A DNA stretch of 64,000 nucleotides from an uncultured delta proteobacterium (GTDB lineage Bacteria > Myxococcota_A > UBA9160 > SMWR01), in contig CAWHTE010000001.1 of NCBI GenBank assembly GCA_963832165.1, positions 384,001-448,000 of the forward strand, in the 5' to 3' direction. Within the stretch, counting starts at the first letter, position 1, and each line of letters starts with the position of its first letter. The notes under the pieces are model-generated. The model did no database searches. It was not told where the DNA came from and worked only from the letters and a program-made list of their open reading frames with translations. A program made the position numbers and the translations under genes. Of this stretch, positions 19,570 through 29,574 are shown piece after piece.

Positions 19570-20711
19570 GCGCTGTGGCGAGGCCTGGCCGAGCACTCGG
19601 CGACGATGCGCCGGAGTGTTGCACTGCGACTGCGCCAGCTGTCGCTGCGCACGCTTTCCCGGCGGGCGGAGCGTGCAGCGGGGTTGTCGGTCTTCAATAC
19701 GTCCTCGAGCCAGCGCACGATCGAGGCGGTGTCGGCGGTGATCAGAACCCTCTCGCGCAGGGACTCCACCTCGGGGAGTGGCGTGCACTGGGTCGGTAGC
19801 CCGGCCGCGAGATATTCCCACACCTTGAGTGGATTCACGCCGAGCGTCAGGGGATTGATCTGGAACGGAATCCAGGCCGCGCGCCAATGCGAGACGACCG
19901 CAGGGAGTTGTCGGAAGGGCACCGCGGGAAATAATCGAACGTTCGGAAGCTGTTCGATCGCGATCGGCAGATGTTCGATCTTTCCCACGAAATGGAGCTC
20001 CCAGTCCGGTGCAGCCTTCGCAACCGCCGCGATCAGCTCGTAGTCCAACCATTCGGCCAGCGTTCCGAAGAACCCGAGCACCTTCTTGTCCGGAATGTCG
20101 AGGGGTGTCGTGGCGAAATGGTCGTAGTGGACGCCTTGTGGAAGGTAGTGCGCCTTTGGTGAATAAGGAGCGCTCGGAACGAGCGCTCGGGCAGTTGCGA
20201 CGATTGCATCGGCGCGTTCGAATAGTCTCTCTTCCGTGAGGTGGACGAGGTCGGGATCCACCCCCGGATAGATCGAGTAGTCGTCGAGGCGCAGATAGAT
20301 CAGCTTGCTGTGCGGGATCACATCGAGATAGAACAGAACCGCCGGATAAGACACGAGCAGATTCGGCAGGCATGTCGAGCGCCGGTCGATCGCGTTGACG
20401 AGTTCGCGCCGCAACCGCCACTGGTTCAAGCGGACCGCCGCGCGTTTCAGGTGCCACGGGAACACCTTCGGACGGATATGCTGGAACGAAGCGCCGCTTC
20501 CCTCGTACAGACTCGCTGTCGGGGTGGACCCCTTTAGGAATCCCCGGACCTTCTTCCAAAGGCGCTCGAGGTCGACGCGGCGCAGGCGCGGGCTGCGCAT
20601 GCCGATCGAGTCCACCCAGATCACGGAGTCCTCGCGCGGGAGGTTGAGCACGAGATGCTGGGTGGTAGAGGGGTGTGCCCCCCAATCGTCCCCGAAGACG
20701 ATCCACTCCAT
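19566..20711 (-). CDS. Glycosyltransferase (GT-B, TuaH-like)
   Basis: FGDDWGAHPSTTQHL, GFFGTLAEWLD, NPLKVWEYLAAG. Confidence 0.85.
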   Translation of the reverse strand: MEWIVFGDDWGAHPSTTQHLVLNLPREDSVIWVDSIGMRSPRLRRVDLERLWKKVRGFLKGSTPTASLYEGSGASFQHIRPKVFPWHLKRAAVRLNQWRLRRELVNAIDRRSTCLPNLLVSYPAVLFYLDVIPHSKLIYLRLDDYSIYPGVDPDLVHLTEERLFERADAIVATARALVPSAPYSPKAHYLPQGVHYDHFATTPLDIPDKKVLGFFGTLAEWLDYELIAAVAKAAPDWELHFVGKIEHLPIAIEQLPNVRLFPAVPFRQLPAVVSHWRAAWIPFQINPLTLGVNPLKVWEYLAAGLPTQCTPLPEVESLRERVLITADTASIVRWLEDVLKTDNPAARSARRESVRSDSWRSRSATLRRIVAECSARPRHSA

Positions 20712-21346
20712 ATGGGGTGCCTCTCGTTATCAGGAGCAGATTCCGTTGCAGCTAGTCGGCCATCCGGCCAGTTCACAGTAGGTCGCCACACCGCCGGCCC
20801 GCCGAACGGGGCGCGCCATCCGGGCCTATTTAGACCCAGGAGGAGCGCCGATGCCTCATCGGGCAGGCTTGCCACGCTCTCTTGGAACCGGGCCTCTCGA
20901 GCCGAATCTGTGTGCGTAAAGAGACCACGCGGCGCTGCCTTTCTGATCGGGATGGCCTTCTGAAGAGCGGCGCCCTGTTGTGCTCGTAAATTGCACTGCT
21001 GCGAATAGATCTTGCCTAGGCGACCGAAAACTACACCCGTCAACTTACCCGTTACTGCACTAGACGATGATCGATCCCTGGACCATCGATGGCACCGTCA
21101 TCGACCGATTCCTGTTGCCGGTAGCGCTAGCAGTAGCACGTGGCCAAGGCCGACGTCCGGTCGCCGAAAAGCTGTTCACGGCATATCGGCTCGACTAATT
21201 CGCGATCGAGGTACCTAGTCGCGGCTCAATGCGAAGTCAATCGTCGTTCGGAAGGACGACAGAGGGCGGCGGCGGCTCGAGCTCCTTGAATCACGCCATC
21301 CGCCTAGCTAGCTAGATCCCTGGCTCGACGCCTACGAGCGGTCTCG

Positions 21347-22297
21347 CTACGGGAGCAGAACCGGCGGCGCCGGGGGCGTGGGTGTCGAAGTACCACCCGT
21401 GGGAGGCGCCGCGCCTCCTTCGATCTCGTAGGCGGGTCCGATCGTTTGGGCGGAATCGGTATTCCAGACGCCTTGCATGAAGTGACTGAACGAGCGGGAG
21501 CCTGTGCACGAACCTGCGAAAGGCTCACGGTAGAGCATCATGGCCCGGATCTCCTGGTTGATGGCGCCGGGAGCGTTCCCCACGTTCAGGGGGCCGGACG
21601 AATAGCTCTTCGGGTTCGCAACGCCCACCTGCGTGATGCTGAAGCTAGACGTCAGACCTGTTCCGGCCTGCACATTGCCTGCGACACACTGCTCGATGCG
21701 GCACCAGTTGTTCATACAATCCGCTCGCGTAACGCCGCCGGAAGCCGGGTAGATGTTCTGTCCGTCCACGGGGTTCGAGAAGCACGGGTAGTTCGTCAGC
21801 GTTACCCGGTTCAGATCCGCGATTTGCATCTCGCAGGTGGAGGCGCCATACGTGATGTCCATGTACTTGTCGTTGCAGGACGTCCATCCATTAAAATCAC
21901 TGCTCAACTTGTAGTAGAAGCGGTTGCACATCCGTCGCGTGGCGCTGGTGATCGAGCCGTAGGCGTCGGCCCCGTGTCCCACAGTATTGTTAGGCCACGC
22001 GAATCGCCATACCTTTGAGACCGTGTTACCAGCCGGCATTCCCGTCTCGTCTTGGAATGCGAGATAGGACGTCGCGGCGTTGGTGCCCGAAAGGATGAAC
22101 GCACCGTTATTGCCGCACTGCTTGGTCGTTGAGTTGCCCGGGTTGATAAACGCTCCATTGTTCGACGTCGTGTAGCTCGTCGTATCGAGCGTCTCGGAAC
22201 ACGCACAGTTCGCGCCGAGTTCGGTGCAACGCTGCTCGACCTGCGCGGCGGCTGGGAATGCGATGACCACGAGCAACAGAGGTAGGAAACGCACCAT
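21347..22297 (-). CDS. Secreted Cys-rich hypothetical protein, possible polysaccharide-lyase/lectin-like beta fold
   Basis: Signal peptide MVRFLPLLLVVIAFPAAA-Q; 12 Cys; RFYYKLSSDF and WCRIEQ strands; Pro/Thr linker ending PPAPPVLLP. Confidence 0.7.
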   Translation of the reverse strand: MVRFLPLLLVVIAFPAAAQVEQRCTELGANCACSETLDTTSYTTSNNGAFINPGNSTTKQCGNNGAFILSGTNAATSYLAFQDETGMPAGNTVSKVWRFAWPNNTVGHGADAYGSITSATRRMCNRFYYKLSSDFNGWTSCNDKYMDITYGASTCEMQIADLNRVTLTNYPCFSNPVDGQNIYPASGGVTRADCMNNWCRIEQCVAGNVQAGTGLTSSFSITQVGVANPKSYSSGPLNVGNAPGAINQEIRAMMLYREPFAGSCTGSRSFSHFMQGVWNTDSAQTIGPAYEIEGGAAPPTGGTSTPTPPAPPVLLP

Positions 22298-22738
22298 TGT
22301 CTTTCTCCGAGTAACGGTGGCATCGCTCCCCGAGAGGGGGGCACATGAAGAGATGGAAGGTTACAGATGACCCCCGCAATGTGTTCCCAACGAGACACCA
22401 TCGGATTGCGGCGCGGTGGAAGGATCGGCAGGTGATGCGCAGGCGTCTGTGAGCCCAGTCACCGCTTTAGTGCGACGCCGACTTTGACCATGATGTGGAC
22501 GGGGCTGCCAGTGTTCACGATTCTGATCAGGATGGAACCGCGGAGACTCAAGTCAAATAAGCATTGGATAGGGCGAACGCCCCGTGCAGAGTCGTCCTCG
22601 CAGTATAAGTTGCAGCATTCTGATACGACAGGAAGACGCTGTACAGACGATTTTCAGGGGATTGCTCGATCAACTACTTCTTCCTCACTGAATCGCACGT
22701 TGCCGATTTGCACGAGCTCATCGAGCTCGCGCCCTAGG

Positions 22739-23939
22739 TTATCGAGACAGTCGCTCGCGCAGCTCGTGCACGAACGGTCGCCAATCGTCGCGGCGTAGCA
22801 CCTCGAGGCGCGAGCCATCAAAGAAACTGCGCGCGAAGTTGCGCAAGAGGGTCGGGACGCTCGTGCCGAGTTGCCGGCGCAGCTCGCGGCGGCGCAGGCA
22901 GATCAGCAGGTGATCGATGTCGCCGAGCAACCAGCGCGTGCGGGTTCCCAGCCGCGCGTCTGCGGTCGGAGGCGAGGCGCCGCGGAGCAGCGCGACCAAC
23001 ATCGATGGGAAGTCGACTCCCGCGTCGATCGCGAGCTGAAGCGACCCCCACAGCCGCGGATTGACCTCCATCAGGTAGGCGGGTCCCATCGGCGAGCGCC
23101 GGAACTCGACCATCGCAACGCCGGTGAATGCGAGGTCGGCGAGCAGGCGTTCGCTGCCCGCGAGCAGCTCGGGGTCGGGCACAATCGCTTCGCTGAGCAC
23201 GGAGACGCCGCCCCACGGCGGCTTCTCGCGGATCCGACGGTGTGCGAAGCGTGCGAGCGGGCGGCCGCGGTCCAAGAGCAGGAAGACGCCTTCGCCCTTC
23301 CCCGGCACGAACTCCTGCAGCAGAACGCCACCTGCGAATCCGGGTGCCGATCGCGCCGCAGAGAGCTCGTCAGCACTGTGCACGATTTGCGCCTCGCCGG
23401 CGACCCAGCGCGCGTCCTTGAAGAATCGCGAGCGGCGCGCCTTGAGCACGACCGGAAACTGGAACGGCTCCGGGAGCGCGGTCAGGAGAGCTGGATCCTC
23501 GAAGAGGAGCGTTCGCGGCACGGTGAGCCCGAGCAGCGCCGCTCTCTCGAGCAGCGCGTGCTTATCGACGGCTGCCTCGTAGGTCACGCGCTCGGGACAC
23601 GCGACGCGACAGCGGCGCTCGACACCGAACGCGTAGATCGAGCCGAGACTCACCTCAGTCACGGGCAGGATCAGGTCGGCGCCGATCGTCTCCGCGACGC
23701 GCGCGAGCCGGTCCGCATAACTGCGCGGATCGCTGCTCGCGTCTCCGACTGCCTGGGTGCTCGACGCATAGCGCGAGGCGCCGGCGAGGCTGCGCGGGCC
23801 CGGCGCGGCAACGTGCACCTCGTGTCCGCGCGCAGCGAGTGCGCGCACGCATGCGAGCGCGGCGCGGGTTTCCCCATCGGTGACGAGTACACGCGCCGGC
23901 GCACCCCAGCTCCTCGTCGGTCTTGGCCGCGGTGCTCAC
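22739..23939 (-). CDS. ATP-grasp carboxylate-amine ligase family protein (frameshift ~23905)
   Basis: GTG 23939 overlaps the upstream stop; shift at a G4 run restores RVLVTDGETRAALACVRAL; FPVVLK, LLQEFVPG, MVEFR, MEVNPRLWGSL. Confidence 0.85.
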
Positions 23940-25037
23940 CGCAGGTAGAGCTCCCGGTAGCGTTCCGCCATCTTCTCGATCGAGAAGTCGGCGACCGCGC
24001 GTTGGCGGCCCGCCATGCCGAGCGCCGCGCCGCGATCTCCGGCGTCGAGCACGCGTCCGAGCGCGCGCCGCCAGCGCATCGGGGTCGGCGGGCGGTACCA
24101 GGAATCCCTGTCGCGCCTTCCATCACCGCTTCGGGGATGCCCCCGACCCGGCTCGCGACGACCGGCAGGCCATGCGCCATCGCCTCGAGCACCGCGAGCG
24201 GCAGGCCCTCCGAGAGCGACGGCTGCACGAAGACGTCGCCGGCCGCGAACACCGTCTCGACGTCGTCGCGCAATCCGAGCAGGTGGAGACGATCGGAGCA
24301 ACCGAGCTCGGCGGCGAGGCGGAGCAGCGGCTGCTCCTGGTCGCCGCGCCCCGCGATCGCGACGCGCGCCGCCGGCAGCTTTCGCGAGCGCGCGCACCAG
24401 CGTCGCGTGGTCCTTCACCGGATAGAGGTTTCCTACTGCGACGACGAGAGCCAGTTCGGGAGGAATCCCGAGCGCGGCGCGCGCATCGGCGCGCACCCGA
24501 GCGCGTTCGCCGGCCGGCGATTTCGGCGGCCAGCGGAATTCCGTTGTGGATCACCTCGAGCTGCGCGCGTGTCACCGAGAGTCCTTCGACGAGAAATCCG
24601 GCGAGGTTTTCGGATACCGCGACGATCGGGATCCCGAGGCGGCGCAGCATCCGGTACGCGAGCGCGCGCCGCGGTCGTTCCGTTACCCAGTGCTTGCCGT
24701 GGATCGTCGAGAGCGTGCGGACCCGCGCCAGCAGCGCGGCGGCGCCGCCGAACGTATTCATCGCGAATTCGTGCGTGTGCAGCACATCGACGCGCGCGCG
24801 GCGCAGCTTGCGTGCGAAGCGCAGCACCCACGCGAGATCGACACCGGCGCGTTGAGGGACGATCCAGACGGGGATGCCAGCTGCCTCGGCGCGCTGCGTC
24901 ATCCAGCCCGCCTGGAGCGTCGCCACGATCGGCGCGTCGCCGCGCTCGCGGAGTGCGTGCGCGAGGCGCAACACCACGTTCTCGGCACCGCCGGGACCGC
25001 TCGACTCGAGTGCGAGCACGACGCGCAGCGAGCTCAC
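23936..25037 (-). CDS. Glycosyltransferase family 4, several frameshifts (~24510, ~24380, ~24100)
   Basis: Pieces in different frames: GPGGAENVV, VIHNGI, VGNLYPVKDH, PSLSEGLPLAVLEAM, FSIEKMAERY. Confidence 0.75.
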
Positions 25038-26020
25038 GAGCTCCTCAGGAGTGTGCGCAGGAACTCGACTCGCGTCCTCGAAACGTCGTCGTGTACGCCG
25101 AGGCGCGGGAACGCCATCGGATCGCTTGCTGCACTCGCGAGGCCCCGCTCGGTCGTGACCGCCGCGGTATAGCCGGCATCGCGGGAGAGACGGCGCACGC
25201 GTTCGTCGTGGGCGCCCGACGGATAGGCGAGCAGCCCATGGCGGCCATGCCCGCGCTCGCGCAATCGCTCGCGCGCGGAGCACAGATCGCGCGCGGCCTC
25301 GTCGCGGGAGATTCCGGTGAGGATCGCGTGCGTGGCGCCGTGCGCTTCGATGTCGATCCCGGCGCGTGCGAGCCGGTCGACCTCGTCCCAATCGAGCAGC
25401 TCGCGCGCACCCACGGAGGGATCGCGCGTTCCGGATCGAATGCGGTCGAGCAGGCGCGCGCGCGCCTCCTCGTCTGACTTCTTGAGATGTGCGAGCAGCG
25501 ACTCGACCGGTTCCCCATGCAACGCCACGCCGAGTGCCGCGACCAGCGCTCGTTGCGCGGCACCCGGAAGTGCTGCCAGGCGCCGGCAAACCTCGTCGGG
25601 CCAGAACGAACCATCGGTGCCGATGCGGTCGGTCACCACGAAGATCGTCGCAGGCATTCCGCGGCGCTCGAGCGCGGGGAGTGCAAAGTCGTGGTTGTCG
25701 CGCCAGCCGTCGTCGAAGGTGATCGCGCACGCTCCGACCGGAAGCGCGCGCTTCTGGCCGAGTCGCGAAATGATCTCGTGGAGAGGAAGCACGGAGAACG
25801 AGCCCGCGAGCCAATCGAGATGCCGCTCGAAGGTCTCCGGAGTGACGAACATTCCGGGCTCCACCGAGCTGCGCGCGGCCTCGGCCGCGGGAAGCACGCG
25901 GTGGTACATGAGCAGCGCGACGCGCGATCCGTCGAGACGGGCGCGCGCGCGTCGCCCGGCACCGCTCACAGCGAACGCGCAGGCTCGAGCAAATCGGACC
26001 GCGCGCCGAACGCTCACCAC
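25034..26020 (-). CDS. Polysaccharide deacetylase (NodB/CE4)
   Basis: LMYHRV, ITFDDGWRD, EAHGATH, LAYPSG. Confidence 0.9.
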   Translation of the reverse strand: MVSVRRAVRFARACAFAVSGAGRRARARLDGSRVALLMYHRVLPAAEAARSSVEPGMFVTPETFERHLDWLAGSFSVLPLHEIISRLGQKRALPVGACAITFDDGWRDNHDFALPALERRGMPATIFVVTDRIGTDGSFWPDEVCRRLAALPGAAQRALVAALGVALHGEPVESLLAHLKKSDEEARARLLDRIRSGTRDPSVGARELLDWDEVDRLARAGIDIEAHGATHAILTGISRDEAARDLCSARERLRERGHGRHGLLAYPSGAHDERVRRLSRDAGYTAAVTTERGLASAASDPMAFPRLGVHDDVSRTRVEFLRTLLRSS

Positions 26021-26021
26021 G

Positions 26022-27248
26022 TCAGTTTCCTCGCTCGGGGATCGGATGCGCGGCGAATCGAAGTCGAGCCGCTATTCCGAGCACCGCTCCGAAGCCAGCA
26101 CCCGCCATCTGCGACACTGGAGTCGGTCGCAGAGGCGCGACGAAAGGCGCGAGAAGCAGGGCAGCTACCGCGATCGCGCCCGCTGTCCAGCTCACCCCGT
26201 CCCTCCGCCCCCAGAAGCCGATCGGAAAGAACAGCGAGGCGAGCCACACGACGTCGAGCGCCGGTCGCCAGACGCTCATGATCCGATAGTCCGGCGCCAA
26301 GAGCCGCCACCCATCTCCCACGCTGAATCCATACCCGCATTTCGGGCCGCGGTCGACCGTGATGCACAGATCGGCCGCGGAGCGCTCGACCCGCAGATCG
26401 AGCGTTTGTCCTAGAGCGATCTCTGCGAGCTCGCCAGGCAAGCGCACCGTTGCAGGCTCGAGGCCCACAGCCCGCCCCCGAGTCCGGAAGCGGAAGACGA
26501 GATCCTCGCGGTCGGGTCCCAGCAGCAGGATTTCGTTCTGCGCGAGGTCGGTGATCAGAAGCAAACCGGCTACCCCTTCGGGAGGAGATCCGCTCTGCGC
26601 TTGGACGCGCAGCGTGTAGTCGCCCGCGAGCCGCGCTCGGATCCGATCGGACATCGAGAGCCAGCCCTGCGAAATTTCGACCTCGTTGATCCATGCGTCG
26701 AGCACGGTGCCCCTGTACGGGGCCAGGTGTGCGAGCGACGGCGTGCGATGTCCGAAATAGACCGCCGTTGTTGGGGCGGGCGCTAGCAGTAAGCCCGTCC
26801 CCACGAGCACGCCGGCCGTAACGGTGCCCGCCACCAGCGCGAGCCGCCGGCTCTGCAGCGGCGATGGATGGATCCACGCTGATGCCGAACGGAACAGTGC
26901 GATCGCGAGTGCTGCGCCGCTGATGTTGGCGATGAGATCGACCTCGCTCGCGTTGCGCCCCGCGATCGGGATCGTGCCCTGGGCTACCTCGATGCCCGCA
27001 GACAGCAGTGCTACGAGCCCGAGCGCGCGGAGTGCGGGTAGCCGGGCCCAGACCAGGCTCGCCCCGAGCGGCATGAACAGGATCAGGTTGCGCACGAAGT
27101 CGGCGAGCTGGAACGGCTCGCCTCCGATCCGCGGAGCCTGTGCGGCGTCCACGAGGTCGCGATGGGGAGTTAGCGTGGCGATCACGATCGCCGCCATGGC
27201 CAGCCCGGCGGCGGCCTGGGGCACCACGCGGCGTGAGTTCATCGCCAT
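26022..27248 (-). CDS. VanZ family membrane protein
   Basis: DFVRNLILFMPLG, LSAGIEVAQ..GR.ASEVDLIANISGA. Confidence 0.75.
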   Translation of the reverse strand: MAMNSRRVVPQAAAGLAMAAIVIATLTPHRDLVDAAQAPRIGGEPFQLADFVRNLILFMPLGASLVWARLPALRALGLVALLSAGIEVAQGTIPIAGRNASEVDLIANISGAALAIALFRSASAWIHPSPLQSRRLALVAGTVTAGVLVGTGLLLAPAPTTAVYFGHRTPSLAHLAPYRGTVLDAWINEVEISQGWLSMSDRIRARLAGDYTLRVQAQSGSPPEGVAGLLLITDLAQNEILLLGPDREDLVFRFRTRGRAVGLEPATVRLPGELAEIALGQTLDLRVERSAADLCITVDRGPKCGYGFSVGDGWRLLAPDYRIMSVWRPALDVVWLASLFFPIGFWGRRDGVSWTAGAIAVAALLLAPFVAPLRPTPVSQMAGAGFGAVLGIAARLRFAAHPIPERGN

Positions 27249-27280
27249 GCGAGACTAGCATCGGCGTGTAACGTTCCGGC

Positions 27281-27863
27281 ATGAGATCCGCCGTGCCGCT
27301 CTGGCTTCGATCCCTGGCGAGAGTCGTTCGCTCGGCACCTGCGCGGCACGATGCGCGCCACGAGCTCCGCCGGCGCCTGCGAGGTGAGCCGAACCTTCCC
27401 GAAGGTCCGCTGCGCCGGGTACTCGTGTTGTGCCACGGCAACATCTGCCGCAGTCCGTTCGCCGAGGCGCTGATCGCGGCGCGCGCAACTGGGCTCGAGG
27501 TGCGCTCGGCCGGCCTGCACGCTGGCGAGGGCAACCCCGCTGACCCTTCGGCGGTCGCGTGCGCGCAGCGCATGGGGGTTTCGCTCGCGGGGCACCGCTC
27601 AGCCTTGCGTCAGCGCCGAGCAGCTCGCATCGGCGGATCTGATCCTCGTAATGCAGGGCGCTCACGTGGCGGAGATCGAGCGCAACTGGCCGCAGTTTCA
27701 CAGCCGCGTGCGCCTGCTCGGCGACTTCCTCCCGACACCGCCCTACGTGCTGTCCGACCCCTATGGCGAGCCGGACCTGGTGTTCGACCAGGTGTTCATG
27801 CGGCTCCGGACGGCGGTCGAAAATCTCGCGGCGCGGATCCAGGCGCGGCAGTCGGGGAGCTAG
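27281..27863 (+). CDS. Low-molecular-weight protein-tyrosine phosphatase (frameshift ~27605)
   Basis: P-loop VLCHGNICRSP, VRSAG; second frame ADLILVM..DPYG. Confidence 0.85.
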
Positions 27864-28488
27864 CTTTCGGGCTTCGGTGGGTGCCACCTTCTCCGCGCAG
27901 CTCGGCACTGCGACCGCCGACGATGTAAGCGTCGCCATCGGCGACGCTCGCCACGAGCTCGGCGCGGCGCTCGGGCGTGAGCGCGCTGATGTCGTAGCGC
28001 GCATAGTCGAACGAGGGCCGCTCGGCCAACCGCTGCCGGTGCTTCTCGAGGTACTCGTCGAGCGTGCAGATCACCTTGGCGGGGTTCCCAGCGCAGACCG
28101 TGTCGGGCGGCAGCGAGCGCGACACCACCGAGCCCGCGCCCACGATCGTGCGCGGCCCCATCTCGACGCCGGCCAGGATCACCGAGAGCGCGCCGATGTG
28201 GCAGGACTCGTGGATGATCACCCGGCCGATCCGCGCCGCGTCGAGGTACTCGTCCATCTGGGCGTCGTGCGCGAGGATCATGCAGTTCTCGCCGAAGCCC
28301 GAGTGGTCGCCGATCTGGATCAGGAAGCAATGGCTGGTATCGATCCAGGTCGAGGCCGGCAAGAGCACGTCGTCGCCGATCTGCATTCCGAGCGATCGCA
28401 GGTGCGCCCAGCGCCGCTCGAGGCGCGCGCGCGAGAGACGATCCCTGAGCCGCCGGAGCGGGTTTAGCAACGCCTCGAGCGGACTCAC
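27796..28488 (-). CDS. Hexapeptide-repeat acyltransferase
   Basis: GMQIGDDV, HIGALSVILAGV.MG..TIVGAGSVV, AGNPAKVI. Confidence 0.85.
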   Translation of the reverse strand: MSPLEALLNPLRRLRDRLSRARLERRWAHLRSLGMQIGDDVLLPASTWIDTSHCFLIQIGDHSGFGENCMILAHDAQMDEYLDAARIGRVIIHESCHIGALSVILAGVEMGPRTIVGAGSVVSRSLPPDTVCAGNPAKVICTLDEYLEKHRQRLAERPSFDYARYDISALTPERRAELVASVADGDAYIVGGRSAELRGEGGTHRSPKASSPTAAPGSAPRDFRPPSGAA

Positions 28489-29510
28489 TCGTCACGCCGC
28501 ACGAGCGCCTTGAAGCGCTCGAATCCCGTCAGGCACTGCAGGAAGTCCAGCGGATCTTCGGAGTAGCTGAAACGCCGCAGGCGGAACTGCTCGTCGCTGC
28601 CCTTGGCGAAGCGCTGCGCATAGCCGGCATAGCCAACGAATGCCGCCTCGAAGGCGAGCTGGGTGAGCGCAGCCGTCTCGCGCGCGCCGAAGTCAGCGCG
28701 CTGACCGTTCGGGTAGCAGAAGATCGGATCGGGATCGCGCGCTTCCGCCTGGAGTCGTTGCCACGATTCGCGGATCTCGCGCGGCGACTGCTCGTCGCTC
28801 GCGCGCGATAGCACCGGGTGGGTCCGCGTGTGGGGTCCGAATGTCATCCCGGTGCGCTCGGCGGCCCGGAGCTGGTCCCACGTCACCGGGGCATAGGCGG
28901 CGGGTGGGGACGCGGGCAACGCGACTTCGGCCGCTGCCGCGAGGCGATCGATAGCTCGATGCTTCTCCGCATCCGGAACGAGCTTGCAGGCTTCGGTGAA
29001 GCTCCACTGCGCCGCCAACCGGCCGGGCTCGTCGCTCCACTGGCCGGACCATTCGCTCCGATCCAGCGCAACCCGGAGCTCGCTGCGCCGCGTCTGCCGG
29101 AAAACGGTTTCGATCTTGTCCCACCACATCCAGAGCTCGCGGTCGAGGAAGCCCGTACACACGAACGTCGTCACGGGGCAATCGAACTCCGCGAATACGG
29201 GCCCCGCCACCTCGACTTGATCGAAGTAGCCGTCGTCGATCGTGAACGCGACCGCGCGGCGCAGCGAGGCGGTGTCGTTCTGCAAACGATGAACGAGATC
29301 GCGCAGCGAGAGCAGCTGATGACCCTCGCGCCGCAGCCTTTCGAGCGTCGCGCGGAGCTGCTCCGGGTCGTGTCCGGGTACACCCACGTCGGGGACGGCG
29401 AAGCGGTGGAGCATGAACACCGTCGCGCGGTCGCGCAGCAGCGGTGCGAGCGCACGCGCAGCCAGCGGAAGGCGCAAGGCGGACAGCAGCAGCTTTTTCA
29501 TGGTTCCCAT
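28485..29510 (-). CDS. Polysaccharide deacetylase (NodB/CE4)
   Basis: FMLHRF, FTIDDGY, GPHTRTHP, FCYPNG. Confidence 0.85.
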   Translation of the reverse strand: MGTMKKLLLSALRLPLAARALAPLLRDRATVFMLHRFAVPDVGVPGHDPEQLRATLERLRREGHQLLSLRDLVHRLQNDTASLRRAVAFTIDDGYFDQVEVAGPVFAEFDCPVTTFVCTGFLDRELWMWWDKIETVFRQTRRSELRVALDRSEWSGQWSDEPGRLAAQWSFTEACKLVPDAEKHRAIDRLAAAAEVALPASPPAAYAPVTWDQLRAAERTGMTFGPHTRTHPVLSRASDEQSPREIRESWQRLQAEARDPDPIFCYPNGQRADFGARETAALTQLAFEAAFVGYAGYAQRFAKGSDEQFRLRRFSYSEDPLDFLQCLTGFERFKALVRRDE

Positions 29511-29574
29511 GGAAGTGCCCACGACGTCAGGATCGATGACACGCTAAAGCACGTCGGCTGGCCGTTGCCAGCGC

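Noticed and set aside
18448..20706. 752-aa ORF suggesting a WecB fusion
   Set aside because: The upstream part is an off-frame overlap of GT 19566-20711; WecB starts at 19569
21067..21198. 43-aa small ORF in the spacer
   Set aside because: No clear RBS, motif or codon support
22376..22390. Possible sigma54 promoter for the secreted orphan
   Set aside because: GG-GC spacing is 9 nt, not the required 10
22871..25477. 868-aa plus-strand ORF
   Set aside because: Antisense to the ATP-grasp, GT4 and deacetylase genes
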